The notes: a model not told the origin generated them from the sequence alone. Counted from the first letter of the stretch, positions 13,657-25,511 are shown. The stretch is DNA of 64,000 bases from Eledone cirrhosa (GCA_964016885.1 OZ024763.1:6324001-6388000); one strand, 5' to 3'. A program made the numbers and translations.

Positions 13657-14630
13657 CTGAAAATATTAACGATAAAAATATAACAAACTTTGCTATAATG
13701 ATCCAATCTCAACTGTGTTCTCTTAGTCCTGAAAATATTAACAATATATACATAGAGTTATTTTAATTTCCAGGTACAAATAAAAACAGATATAGACATG
13801 TACAGTTCTTGGTAGGATTTAACTTTTAATTTTTTAATGTACTGTTCCTTCAACTATTAACAATGCCAGCCCCACATAAATATAGATATGTACAGTTCTG
13901 GCTAAGATTTAACTTCTAATTGTTTAACTGTACGGATCTTTTGACCATTAAAAATATCACATAGTGATATTAAAGATTCTTTCTTAAAATTACAATGGAG
14001 TGGTTTTTAAATAAATATAAATACTTTAAAACAAACAGTTTTGTACCATAGAATTAGGAGTGGTTCCAGGTGGTTTGGTATAAAAAGGGTTAAACTGGTG
14101 TTGGGAACATTATGTAACAAAGGTTCTTACATAAAATTATTGTGGAAAGTTTTTCAGCTAAATATAAACATTTTAACACTTTCATTACCATATTTCTAAT
14201 GTAAACCACTGCCTGCGGGTTTCAAATAATTTCAAAAATAATCAACAAATTTAAGAGATTTTGTAATAGAGGCAAAACCAGGGCAGGAGACCCAGGAATA
14301 GACATCAAGTAAGATGGTTGGACATCATCCATGAGCTGGTCTCGCTTGGCAATCTAGCCAGATCAATTAGAGACAGTTACTTCTGATAGGACCCACTGGA
14401 AGGAGTGTTTGAGGACTCTGCCCCCATGACCCTCTCAGAAATAAGTGGGGGAAGAAGAAGGATTTAGTAATATAACTTTCTTGTTCTTAAGCTGGTGACT
14501 TCCCTCATCCCTACTACAACCACAACCTCCACTATGTCAACCATCTCACACCACCACCAGAACCCCCATCTCACACCATCACAACCACAACTCCCATAAC
14601 CACCATCATCATCAACAACATAAACAGTAC

Positions 14631-14684
14631 CTTGTTTGGCAACTTCCATTTCTTCTTCTGTCCACCGTGACGTCTCCACACCAT
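14631..14684 (-). CDS. NCOR1: NCoR exon, SANT2 start (GVETSRWTEEEMEVAKQ)
   Basis: 54 nt; nearly identical to vertebrate VETSRWTEEEMEVAKKG. Confidence 0.96.
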
Positions 14685-14749
14685 CTGGGAACACATCAAG
14701 AAACACTAATAGTTCAGTTAAAATGGAACGATCCAAACTGATGAGAACA

Positions 14750-14942
14750 TTAATACCTTACACCCCTTCACAATATTACAATGGACCCATTCAACAACAT
14801 TATTACCTCATACCCGTTCATAATATTACAATGGACTCATCCAACAACATTACTATCTTACACCACTTCACAATATTACAATGGAAACACCAAACAACAT
14901 TACCTTAAACCCCTTCACAATATTACAATGGACTCATCCAAA
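14750..14942. repeat. About 50-bp minisatellite, 4 copies
   Basis: Recurrent ttcacaatattacaatggac...caacaacattac. Confidence 0.75.
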
Positions 14943-15614
14943 AAAACCCAAACAACTACTAATACAGAGGCTACACTACTAACATTTCTACCTTATGCTT
15001 CAACAGGAGGGATATGGCTGTTAGTGGCCTATTCCATCATGAAGATTAAAATAAAATAAGTACTGGGGTTGATATGATCAACTAAATTAAGGCAGTACCC
15101 CAGCATGGCCAGAGTCTAATGACTGGAACCAGTAAAAGGCTACCGGGTCTGAGCTGATATGATTAACTAAACCCCTTCAAGGTGACAGCGCTCCAGCATG
15201 GCCATAATCTAACGCCTGAAACTACTAAAACAATACTGGGGCAGATACGATTGACTAAAAAACCCCTTCAAAATGGTGCCAAAGTCTAGAGACCACAGTC
15301 TAGAGACTGAAACCACTAAGAGAAGGCAGTACCCCAGCATGGCTGGAGTTAATGACTCACACCAATAAAAGAGTGCTTCTCCAGCATGACCGTAGTGTTG
15401 AAAAGTTCAACTAAAATGTGGTACCCTACTATGGTCACAGTCTGATGCAAAAAAAAAAAAAAATAAAAATAAAAAATAGGGAGGTGGTGGGGCATATATC
15501 TATTTTGAATTCTTTTCTTTTATAGTTAAGACATCTACACCCCACTATTGGGGCTGAGGTGATTCACTAAATCCCTTCAAAGTGATGCTCCAACATAGCC
15601 ACAATCTAATAATA

Positions 15615-15795
15615 ATTGTTTCTATTTTTGGCACAAGATCAGCAATTACCCCAGTACATTACTGGTGCTTTATTTTATCAACCCTGTAGGGATGAAAGGC
15701 AAAGCTAACCTCAATGGGATTTGAATTCAGACCATAACTATGCTACAAAGCAAGGTGTCTGACGCTCTACCAATACTGCCAATCCACTGCCCTAA
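15615..15795 (-). mobile_element. SINE family 2 copy
   Basis: Core plus ggatttgaattcag (B box, reversed) and ctaccaatactgcca (A box, reversed). Confidence 0.75.
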
Positions 15796-15849
15796 TGATA
15801 ATAATAATAATAAGCCCCCAGTAAAAGAGAAAAACAGAAAAGAATTTAC

Positions 15850-15969
15850 CATCATTATTTTCGGGTACTAAAGGAACTAATGGCTCATTCGTTTGAGGGT
15901 TGGTACCGAGTTGTCGAGCAATTCTATTAAAACAAGCAGAACAGCAGCGAGAGATATCTTCCGTGATTT
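15850..15969 (-). CDS. NCOR1: NCoR exon, Cys-rich module 2 C-half (ITEDISRCCSACFNRIARQLG...ENND)
   Basis: 120 nt, phase 1/1. Confidence 0.9.
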
Positions 15970-16336
15970 CTGGAAACCAAGAGAAATATAGCAATCAGGA
16001 CTCAATACCAAAATATAGGGTGATTGTCGTGATGGCGGTGGTCCAAATTCCAACAGCTGACTAATCTATCTATCTGCCAAATGTGGTGAACTTTCATTCA
16101 GTTTATTGCCAGCTTCAATAGAAATTTAGGCAGTTTTGGCTGATTTTCTGCTTGTGTTGTATGTAAGGCCACAGCAGAAAATATAAGGAGCTTATTAACA
16201 TGTCTTTAAACCTTACATTACCATATTCCTAACGAAAAACATCGCCTAAAATTATTCAAATAATTTTGCATATAAACAAGAATTTGGAGGGATTTAGTAA
16301 AATACCTTTTTCTTTAATGTTTGGAACATAACACAA

Positions 16337-16541
16337 CCCTTTAGCATTTAAACTGGCTGTATCTGGCCAGAATTCTCTCACCTCTTTCTGTTCAAACCGG
16401 CTATAACTGGCCACTCGTACTGATGTTAAGGTATTGTTCTCAACATAAATAATATCAAAATTTCATAGATTCATTATGTGAGGTAAAGCCTTTACCGTGA
16501 AAATATAATGGTAAATATAGAATAATGTAGATGCTAAAGGG
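16337..16541. mobile_element. MITE family A nested in a MITE family B copy
   Basis: CCCTTTAGCATTTA...ATGCTAAAGGG|TTAA interrupts the family B sequence ggaacataac^aaggttcttac. Confidence 0.75.
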
Positions 16542-16933
16542 TTAAGAAAGGTTCTTACAAAAAATTATGATGGAAGGCTTTTAGATAAACAAAAACACTT
16601 AATGAAAGACAAGCCTATGGTATATATATATTGTAAATAATCAACAATTTGGAGGGATTTTATAATACAACTAACTTTCTCATCATTAAGCTGATGTTTG
16701 GAACATAACTTAAAGGTTCTTACAAAATCTTACAATGAAAAGTTTTTAGACAAATATAACCACCAAATTATTTTGAAAATACTCAAGAATTTTTAGGGAT
16801 TTAGTAACAAAACTTTCTTATTAAGCTGGTGTATATAACAAAGGGTTCTTCTTAAACCAGCGTTTGGTGTATAACATTTCAGTCCAGACTTAAGGGACAC
16901 CCTCTAATTAATGATTAGCTTGAAATTACTCAC

Positions 16934-17049
16934 GCATCTCTGTCAGTATTGGTTCTTTAATTTCGGTGGCTATTTCTGACCATTTCACAGAGAGAGGCCA
17001 AAGACGCTTTACTTTCCGTTTTGGAATTTTACAGGTAGGCACAGGACAC
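16934..17049 (-). CDS. NCOR1: NCoR exon, Cys-rich module 2 N-half (CPVPTCKIPKRKVKRLWPLSVKWSEIATEIKEPILTEM)
   Basis: 116 nt, phase 2/1, GTGAGT donor; not in the ORF track, found by reading the sequence. Confidence 0.88.
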
Positions 17050-17152
17050 CTGTAAACGAGCATATAAACAGGTGAGAGGTTTTAACCAATGAACGAAAAT
17101 TTTGACATTTTTCAACATTAGAATCAAATAATTTTATATTGTGTAAATTTAA

Positions 17153-17761
17153 CATCCTGTGATTTTATAGAAAATATCTAAATGTGGGTTGGTCATTTCA
17201 AATGTTTATAGTATCTTTACTAGAAGACAGATTGCTGTGGAAATTTACAGTTTTACAGTAAAGACTTTAATATTTAATGTGATGTAGTCATAGTGTTGTT
17301 TTGTACCAAATGTTTATAGTATCTTTACTAGTGGATAGATTGTTGTGAAAATTTACAGTATTACAGTAAAGACTTTAATATATAATGTGATGTAGCCATA
17401 GTGTTGTTTTGTACTAAATGTTTATAGTATCTTTACTGGTGGACAGAGTGTTGTAAAAATTTACAGTATTACAGTAAATACTTTAATAGTTAATGTGATG
17501 TAGTCAGTGTTGTTTGTACTTTTGAAGAATGCTGTGTTAATGTGGTTTGTTACTTCAAATGTTTATAGTATATTTGTTGATGGACAATTGTTGTGAAAAT
17601 TTACAGTAAATCCTACTAAGGACTTTACTAATTAATTGTTTCTACTTTTGGCACAAGGCCAGCAATTACCCAGTACATTACTAATTAATGTGATGCAGTT
17701 AGTGTTATTTTGTATTTTTCAATAAAAGTCTTCTACATGGGGTTTCATGTGGTACAGGGTG
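17153..17761. mobile_element. TTAA-flanked MITE family C with internal ~110-bp repeats
   Basis: TTAA|CATCCTGT ... ACAGGGTG|TTAA; related copies near 30260-30556, 37460-37622 and 40840-41216 (reverse). Confidence 0.7.
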
Positions 17762-18292
17762 TTAAGAGTTGATATAAATCATTCATCATATATATATATA
17801 TATATATATCATCATCATTTAATGTCAACTTTCCCTGTTAGCAAGAGTTTGATGGGTCTACATGGACCAAATTAGTACTGAAGCAGGGCTGCAGACCTCT
17901 TAGACAGACCTAAGGTCTGTATACCACTTATGCATGGTTCTATTGAATACAGAGAAGTTGTGTCTTTTAACACAAACTAAAGGGTCCTCCTAACCCCTTC
18001 AAGTTAAATATAAATATAACTCAAAGGGGTTAGGAAGGCCTTTCAGTTTGTGTCAATATAATAAAGTGATATAATATCTAATGTGATGCAGTTGCACATG
18101 TAACATCTATATCTATATATATACACCTCATGCATATATATAAATATATATTTAATATAGTATAATATAGTGAGTGAACTTACAGTACTTTAATATATAT
18201 ATTAGCAGGGAAAGGGGACATTATGACGATGATATATATATATATATATGTCTGTGTATATATATTTAGTATAATAGAGTGAGTGAACTTAC

Positions 18293-18473
18293 GGCACACA
18301 GCGAGACTGTTTGATGGAGCGGGCCCGACATGAATTACACACCCTCATATCAGGTTTCACCTCAGCTTCATTCAGAGAATACAGGGAACAATCTGTCAAG
18401 GTGAGTGGACGACTCATACTGAAATTCTCCAGCTGTAACTTGCACAATGCACACTGATGCACCCCTCCACCAC
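18293..18473 (-). CDS. NCOR1: NCoR exon, Cys-rich module 1 (CALC-x34-CNSC)
   Basis: 181 nt, phase 1/2, GTAAGT donor. Confidence 0.9.
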
Positions 18474-18534
18474 CTGCACAACAACAATAGGAAAATACTA
18501 TTTGATTCACAGAAGATAACAACATGACAATTTA

Positions 18535-19270
18535 TACCTTTCATTACCATATTTCTAATGAAAGACACTACATATGTCTTTAACCCTTCATTACCATATT
18601 TTTAGCGAAAGACACTGTCTATGTCTTTAACCCTTCCATTATCATATTTCTAGTGAAAGACTGCCTATGTCTTTAACCCTTCATTACCATATTTCTAGTG
18701 AAATACACTGTCTATCTCTTTAACCCTTTCATTATCATATTTCTAGTGAAAGACACTACATATGTCTTTAACCCTTCATTACCATATTTTTAGTGAAAGA
18801 CTGCCTATGTCTTTAACCCTTCATTAACATATTTATAGCGAAAGACACTGTCTATGTCTTTAACCCTTCATTACCATATTTCTAGTGAAATACACTGTCT
18901 ATCTCTTTAACCCTTTCATTACCATATTTCTAGTGAAAGACACTACATATGTCTTTAACCCTTCATTACCATATTTTTAGTGAAAGACTGCCTATGTCTT
19001 TAACCCTTCATTAACATATTTATAGCGAAAGACACTGTCTATGTCTTTAACCCTTCATTACCATATTTCTAGTGAAAGACACTGTCTATGTCTTTAACCC
19101 TTCATTACCATATTTATAGCGAAAGACACTGTCTATGTCTTTAACCCTTCCATACCATATTTCTAATGAAAGACACTGTCTATGTCTTTAACCCTTCCAT
19201 TACCATATTTCTAGTGAAAGACTGCCTATGTCTTTAACAGTTTCCTTACAATATTGCTAATGAAAGATAC
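18535..19270 (+). repeat. 48-bp satellite (about 15 copies) at the head of a family B MITE
   Basis: Unit ttaaccct(t)tcattaccatatttctaRtgaaagacactgtctatgtct, followed by the MITE body to about 19590. Confidence 0.92.
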
Positions 19271-19678
19271 AGTCTATGATTTTGAAAATTATTTTGAAAA
19301 TAATAATTACATTTTTCCCAAATTCTTTAACATAACTAACTTTCTCATTATTAATCAGGTGTTTGGAACATAACTTAACAAAAGTTCTTATACATAATTA
19401 TGATGGAAGGTTTTTTTTTATAAACATAAGCACTTTAACAGTTTCCATATATGGAGAGATTTAGTAATATAACTAACTTTCTCATTATTAAGAAGGTGCT
19501 GAACAAAAGTTCTTACATATAATTATGAAGGAAGGTTTTTAGATAAATATTAACACTTTAAAATAAACTGTTTTGTATCAGGATTTTAAAGAGTGAAATC
19601 ATAAATACATTTAGAGACAAACAGGATAGTTAGAGAAAGAGAGTAGACACCCAGACAAAGAGATATATAAATAGACAG

Positions 19679-19709
<31 letters not shown>

Positions 19710-19725
19710 TAGATAGATAGACAGG

Positions 19726-19757
<32 letters not shown>

Positions 19758-19797
19758 GAGTAGCTAACTAGATAGCTAGGTAAACAGAACAACTAAC

Positions 19798-19886
19798 CTT
19801 CAGAATCTGTTGATCCAGGAACTGGTGTGATGTCTGTAATTTCAGCTATATCTTCCGTTTCCTTATCAGGTTCTTTTTTAACACTG
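19798..19886 (-). CDS. NCOR1: NCoR exon (SVKKEPDKETEDIAEITDITPVPGSTDSE)
   Basis: 89 nt, phase 2/1; tandem TAGCAG acceptor; VKKE SUMO-consensus. Confidence 0.85.
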
Positions 19887-20166
19887 CTATAAAATAAAAT
19901 AAACAAATAAATCATCACCATCACCATCATCATTTAACATCTATTTTTCCTATGCTGGCATGGGTTAGGCAGGCTGTCATGTTATGAGACAAGCCAGGTC
20001 CCGAGATCATGACTTGCTCATACAGATCTGTATTTTGGCTTGGTTTCTGCAGCAGCTGAATACCCTTCCTAATGCCAACAACTTGGTAGATTTTAATTTA
20101 AATAGGAACCCTTTAAAACTACAAACATAATTTTATATAAGAGCCATCTGTTAAGTTACTATATTA

Positions 20167-20451
20167 CAGTGGTTCCCAACCTTTTGTGTATCATGTCCCA
20201 CTTCAACATCTCAACAATTATTATGCTCCCATTTGATTTGATATAAAAACAGCAATGATCAACTGCAAAGTGTAAACAAATTGGCGTAGGTGGCGCCAGA
20301 TACACAATAACATGTGGCGGAGGTGAGACAGGAGTTTCCAACAGTAATGTGTACCAAAGTTGCTTAGGGTAAAACCTGAAGTTTGTTCTCATTAACATCA
20401 TTTTCAAATTGTCCCCCACACGGGACGTGTGCCCCAAGTTGGGAATCATTG
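20167..20451. mobile_element. hAT-type MITE with 8-bp TSD
   Basis: TIRs CAGTGGTTCCCAAC / GTTGGGAATCATTG, flanked by an identical CTATATTA on both sides. Confidence 0.85.
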
Positions 20452-20535
20452 CTATATTAATAATGAAATAATATTTTTTAAGAAATCTCTCAAAATTCTT
20501 CATTAATTAATTTGAAATAAAGTTTGTTTATTTAA

Positions 20536-20947
20536 CCCTTTAGCAATTAGTCCAGCCAGATACGTCTAGAATTCTCGCACCTCTTTCTGTTCAAACTGGC
20601 CGCTCATATTGATGTTAAGCTATTTTTCCCTAAATAAATAACATCAAAATCTCGTAAATTAGATATTATGTGAGATAATTATGTAAGATAAAGTCTTTAC
20701 TATGAAAATACAATAGTATATTAGAGTAATGTAAATGTTAAAGGGTTGCATTAACCCTTTAGTATTTACATTACACTATATTTACTATTGTATTTTCATA
20801 GTAAAGGCTTTTCCTCACATAATATCAAAGCTATGAGATTTTGATTTTAAGAACAATACCTTAACGTCAGTATGAGTGCCCAGCTGGTTTGAACGGAAAG
20901 AGGCCAGATAATTGTGGCCAGATATGGCCAGTTTAAATGCTAAAGGA
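20536..20947. mobile_element. Two family A MITEs back-to-back in opposite orientation
   Basis: 20536-20746 and 20755-20947, each starting TTAACCCTTTAG; internal sequences are reverse complements. Confidence 0.8.
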
Positions 20948-21085
20948 TTAAAATCTTTCAACATAATGTTATATAAGAACCATATGTTAAGTTATTATCT
21001 TAGTAATGAAATAATAAGCAGATGAAATCCCTGATAATTGTTCAGTAAATTATATAGAAACACAGTAATGAGAGGGTTTACATAC

Positions 21086-21366
21086 TTAATGGAGGTGGAG
21101 GCTGAACTAGCTGTTGAGGTGACAGTGGTTGTAATTGTGGCAGTTGCTGAGGTTGGTGTGGTGGTAGTGGTGCTGCTGCTGCTACTACTGCTGCTAATGT
21201 TGCTGCTGCTGCTGGCAGTGCAGCCGCTATTGCTGCTGCTGCTGTTGTTGTTATTGTTGTTGTTGTTAGAATTATTGCCGTTGTTAGAATTATTGCCGTT
21301 GTCATCTGATTCTTCCTTCACTGAGGTCTCTTCTTTGACGCCATCTATCGGCCGACTCACAGAAGG
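21086..21366 (-). CDS. NCOR1: NCoR exon, low-complexity N/S/T-rich linker
   Basis: 281 nt, TAG acceptor, GTATGT donor, phase 0/2 fits both neighbours; lies essentially within ORF 20995..21360. Confidence 0.85.
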
Positions 21367-21699
21367 CTACATTAGGGAAAAACAGATATATATTATATAG
21401 GTGTGTGCATGCGTGTATGTGCATACATTTATATGTTTGAGTATATAAATATAAACACGCAAACACAGACACACAAAAATACACACTCACATACATTCAC
21501 ACTAACACATACATACACAGCATAACAAATGGAACACCAGCCGCTATTTTGCTATAGTTTTTTCACCACTCCCTGCCTTCCTTTTACACACACACATTCA
21601 TGCAGACAGTAAACATAAAGAGAGAGGAGTAGTATGAGGTAGTCCTATCTCTTTATGTGTTGTGAGAGAATCGCAGAAATTTATATATATATATATATA

Positions 21700-22225
21700 T
21701 AAAGACCCCCTTTGGTCACAAACGACCATGGGATTTGCACCAATTAAGTTACCCCTCCAAAGCATAAGTCCGAGTAAGGTTCTTTGTGGAAGACCCGTAG
21801 TCGCCCATGCATACCAGTCTACCCTCTCCACGCCACCGATGTTGTCCAAGGGAAAGGCAGAGGCCAATACAGTTTAGCACCAGTGATGTCACATTATATA
21901 TTATACACTGTACATGCTGTCCAAGGGAATGGCAAAGGCCGATACAGCTTGGCACCAGTGATCTCACAGCATATATATATATACACACACACACATTATA
22001 TATACACTGTGTACAGTATATATTATAAACTATATATGATATTGCCCAAGGGAAAGGCAAAAGCTGATACAGCTTGGCACCAATGATCTCATTTCTACAG
22101 CTGAGTAAACTGGAGCAATGTGAAATAAAGTGTCTTGCTCAAGGAAACAATGCATCACCCGGTCTGAGAATTGAACTCACAACTTTACAATTGTAAGCCC
22201 AACACCCTAACCACTGAGCCATACG
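21700..22225 (-). mobile_element. SINE with family 1 head/core but a different 3' module, partly triplicated
   Basis: Head and core at 22088-22225; tgccaagctgtatcggcctttgcctttcccttgg occurs three times; tail ends aagggggtctt(ta)n. Confidence 0.75.
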
Positions 22226-22501
22226 TTTTCACTGATAGAATAGATAGACAGATATATATATAATCCACTAGGTGGTGCTAGCTGTCAGCTTGTCAATATT
22301 TGTGGCTAAAGGGCTTTCAAAATGTTTATTCACAAACATACCTGCACTTCCAAGGTGCAAGCTGGTAATCCAGAGTGCACACAATTAGTCAGTCATTGGC
22401 ACAATCGTTATGTGGGAGCACCATACACATCAAGTATGACTTGGTGCCAGAAAAGGTGACCCCCACGACTGGATTCTAAAGTTAAAAAAATACATAAAAT
22501 A

Positions 22502-22761
22502 CAGCGGAACGTTGGTTCACGAACTTGATTCGTTCCTGAAGGCTGTTCGCCACACAATATGTTCATAAACCAAAACTATTTTTCCCATATGAAATGTTGA
22601 GAAACATTGATAGATATCACCATCGTAACTAACTACACAGCAAGTGACACCTTGCTATTTGAGATACCATTCCTGGTCTGAAACGTTTTATGTTTGGAAA
22701 AAAATTGTTCGTGAAGCGACTTGTTTGTGATGAGAGGCATTTGTGAAGCGAGGTTCCACTG
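22502..22761. mobile_element. Tc1/pogo(Tigger)-type MITE
   Basis: TA|CAGCGGAACGTTGGTTCACGAA ... TTTGTGAAGCGAGGTTCCACTG|TA. Confidence 0.75.
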
Positions 22762-22798
22762 TAAATAAAATATATAAAATAACAAAACCAATTATTAC

Positions 22799-22909
22799 CT
22801 GTGGTTTAGGGAAAGCTCGTCTTTTCTTGACACCTTGCTTTCGTAATAACTGTTTAAAATTTTCATTCTTTTTCGTTAGGTAGTAATGCAATATACAATC
22901 TGCAACAGT
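22799..22909 (-). CDS. NCOR1: NCoR exon, SANT1 C-part (TVADCILHYYLTKKNENFKQLLRK...PKPQ)
   Basis: 111 nt; the YYLTKKNEN HDAC3/inositol-phosphate contact motif is intact. Confidence 0.97.
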
Positions 22910-23049
22910 CTGGCAGAAATAAATGGAACAATAAGCAGGCATGTATAACATGTAGTGTATATATATAGTGTAATGACTAGTGATAACATGGAGTGATATA
23001 TATATATAGTCTAATGACTAGACATGTATTAACATTGAGTGTTGTATAT

Positions 23050-23345
23050 CATTTCATTTTACGTCTGCTTTTCCCTGCTTGCAAGGGTGGGACGGGAACT
23101 GATTCTGGCTTGATTTCTACAGCTGGATGCCCTTCCTAACACCAACCTCATTTACAGTGAGTGCTGGGTGCTTTTTTGCCATGGCACCTCTACGACTACT
23201 TTGCAGTGGAATGATAGGGACCCCAGTCCCTATCAGCTCATTTCTATAGCTGAGTAAACTGGAGCAATGTGAAATAAAGTGTCTTGCTCAAGGAAACACC
23301 ACATCACCTGGTCTGAGAATTGAACTCACAACCTTTCGATTGCAA
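23050..23345 (-). mobile_element. SINE family 1 copy, 5'-truncated with a short inversion
   Basis: Near-identical to 10080-10380. Confidence 0.85.
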
Positions 23346-24073
23346 GTTCAATTCTCAGACCGTTTTCATATATAGTGTAATGACTAGACATGTATGAAAA
23401 TGTAGTGTAATAACTAGACATGTATGAACATGTAGTGTAATGACTAATTATGTATAATATGGAGTGATATAGTGCAATAATTAGACATGTATTAACATGT
23501 AGTGATATATATAGTGTAATGACTAGACATGTATAACGTGTTTTGTGTGTGTGTTTATATATATATATATATATATTTTAACATATACACAAAATAATAA
23601 CGACATATTGACATGTAGTGTTGTCTACATGTTAAACAAGAACCAAACACGTGGCTTTACATGAAACTACATCTTAGTGACTCTGCCAATACACCACCAA
23701 TGATAGATAGATATCCTAAGAAGCCTAGATACACCTATTGAAACTACACTGTAGTGCCTCTGTCAACACACCAATAATGAAGAGATACCTTTACTAGCTA
23801 CATATGCACAACCATCCTCTATCTAAATAGAAGAAAAAGAAAACACACAAAAAGCACCCACCCACTGAAACTATACCTTGGTGCCTCTGTCAATACACCA
23901 GTAATGATGAGATATTCTAAGTAGCTACATATACCCTACCACCCTCCATTTAAAGAGAGGAAGAAAAAACAAACAAACCCCATCCACTGAAACTACGCCT
24001 TAGTGGCTCTGCCAATACACCAGTAAAGATGAAATACCCTTAGTAGCTACGTATACCTACGACCCTCCATTAA

Positions 24074-24684
24074 TCCTTTAGCACTTAAACCAGCGAGAAT
24101 TCACTCATCTCTTTCTGTTCAAACCAGCCATAACTGGCCACTCATACTTATGTTAAGGAATTGCTCTCAAAATAAATAACATCAAAATCTCATAGATTTG
24201 ATATTATATGAGATGATTATGTAAGATAAAGCCATAACTATGAAAATACAATAGTAAATATAGAGTAATCATCATCATCATCATCATCATCACCGTTTTA
24301 CGTCCGTTCTTCCACGCTAGCATGGGTTAGACGGGTTGTCCTGTTGTGGGCAGTGTCTGGTCGGCTGACCATGCCTTGCTCATACAGGAACTGATTTGGC
24401 TTGGTTTCTACAGCTGGATGCCCTTCCTAACACCAACCTCATTTACAGTGAGTGCTGGGTACTTTTTTTCCGTGGTGCCTACACGTCCACTTTACAGTGT
24501 GGGCTGGGTGCTTTTTTTCCGTGGCACCTCCACGACCACCTTGCGGTGGGGGGTGTGGGGGCATATTGTCTATATGCTTCAGCTTGTACCCATGGGAGGT
24601 CGGGTACTCTGTATTACTGCGTGACGCCAGAAGTCACAGTCGTGTGTCATTGTCTTTGAGAGGTGTAATGTAAACGCTAAAGGG
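24074..24684. mobile_element. MITE family A interrupted by a SINE variant (about 24270-24660, minus strand)
   Basis: MITE sequence resumes (gtaatgtaaacgctaaagggttaa) after the SINE; the same SINE variant occurs at 48483-48815. Confidence 0.75.
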
Positions 24685-24794
24685 TTAAAGGGAGCGAAAA
24701 AAAAACAAAAAAACATCCAACCACTCAAACTACGCCTTAGTGACTCTGCCAATACACAACCAATGACAGATAAATTTTACCCACTGAAACTTAC

Positions 24795-25028
24795 CTTTCT
24801 TTCTAAAAATGAAGCAATTAAACAGAAATTTTTAGGATGCTGGAGGTATTTTTCTTTGAAAATCATTTTCTCTGGTTGGGTCCAGATATTCAAGTGTTGC
24901 CGTTCTTTAAACTCTGCCATTGGATCTTCAATTAAGCCGTTGTTGTTGATGAACTTTAAACTGCGTGACCGAGCATCCAACATCATAGGTGGCACCACTG
25001 CATAGCTGCGCATTTTCTTATCCTCCTC
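24795..25028 (-). CDS. NCOR1: NCoR exon, deacetylase activation domain / SANT1 N-part
   Basis: 234 nt; AVVPPMMLD...KFINNNGLIEDPM...WTQPEKMIFKEKYLQHPKNFCLIASFLERK. Confidence 0.97.
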
Positions 25029-25423
25029 CTGCAACAAATGTCAAATTTACATAGCAATAATAATTGTTTCTACTTTAGGCACAAGGGGCCAGCAGTTTGA
25101 AGGGGAGAGGGGAAAGTCGATTAAATCGACCCCAGTGTATTACTGGTACTTTATTTTATCGACTTCCCCCTCCGTGTAAAGATGAAAAGCAAACATAACC
25201 TAAACAGGATTTGAACCCATAACGTAAAAGGCCAAACAATATGATGCAAAGCATGTTGTTCAATGGTGGTAGTAGTAGTGATGGTGGTGGTAGTAGTGGT
25301 GTTGTTGGTAGTGATGGTGGTAGTAGTGGCATTATTGAGGGTGGTGATGGTGGTAGTTGTCATGACATTATTGAGGGTGGTGATGGAGGTGGTGGTAGTA
25401 GATCAATCAAGGTAACTACTCAC

Positions 25424-25511
25424 TTCCTGTTCATGGAGTCCGTCCATAATCTGCTCCAGCTCAGCCTCACTGCGGGCATAACCACCAATACTGCTCCGAG
25501 AACTCACACGA
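25424..25511 (-). CDS. NCOR1: NCoR exon (RVSSRSSIGGYARSEAELEQIMDGLHEQE)
   Basis: 88 nt, GTGAGT donor; matches ARSEHEISEIIDGLSEQE. Confidence 0.95.
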
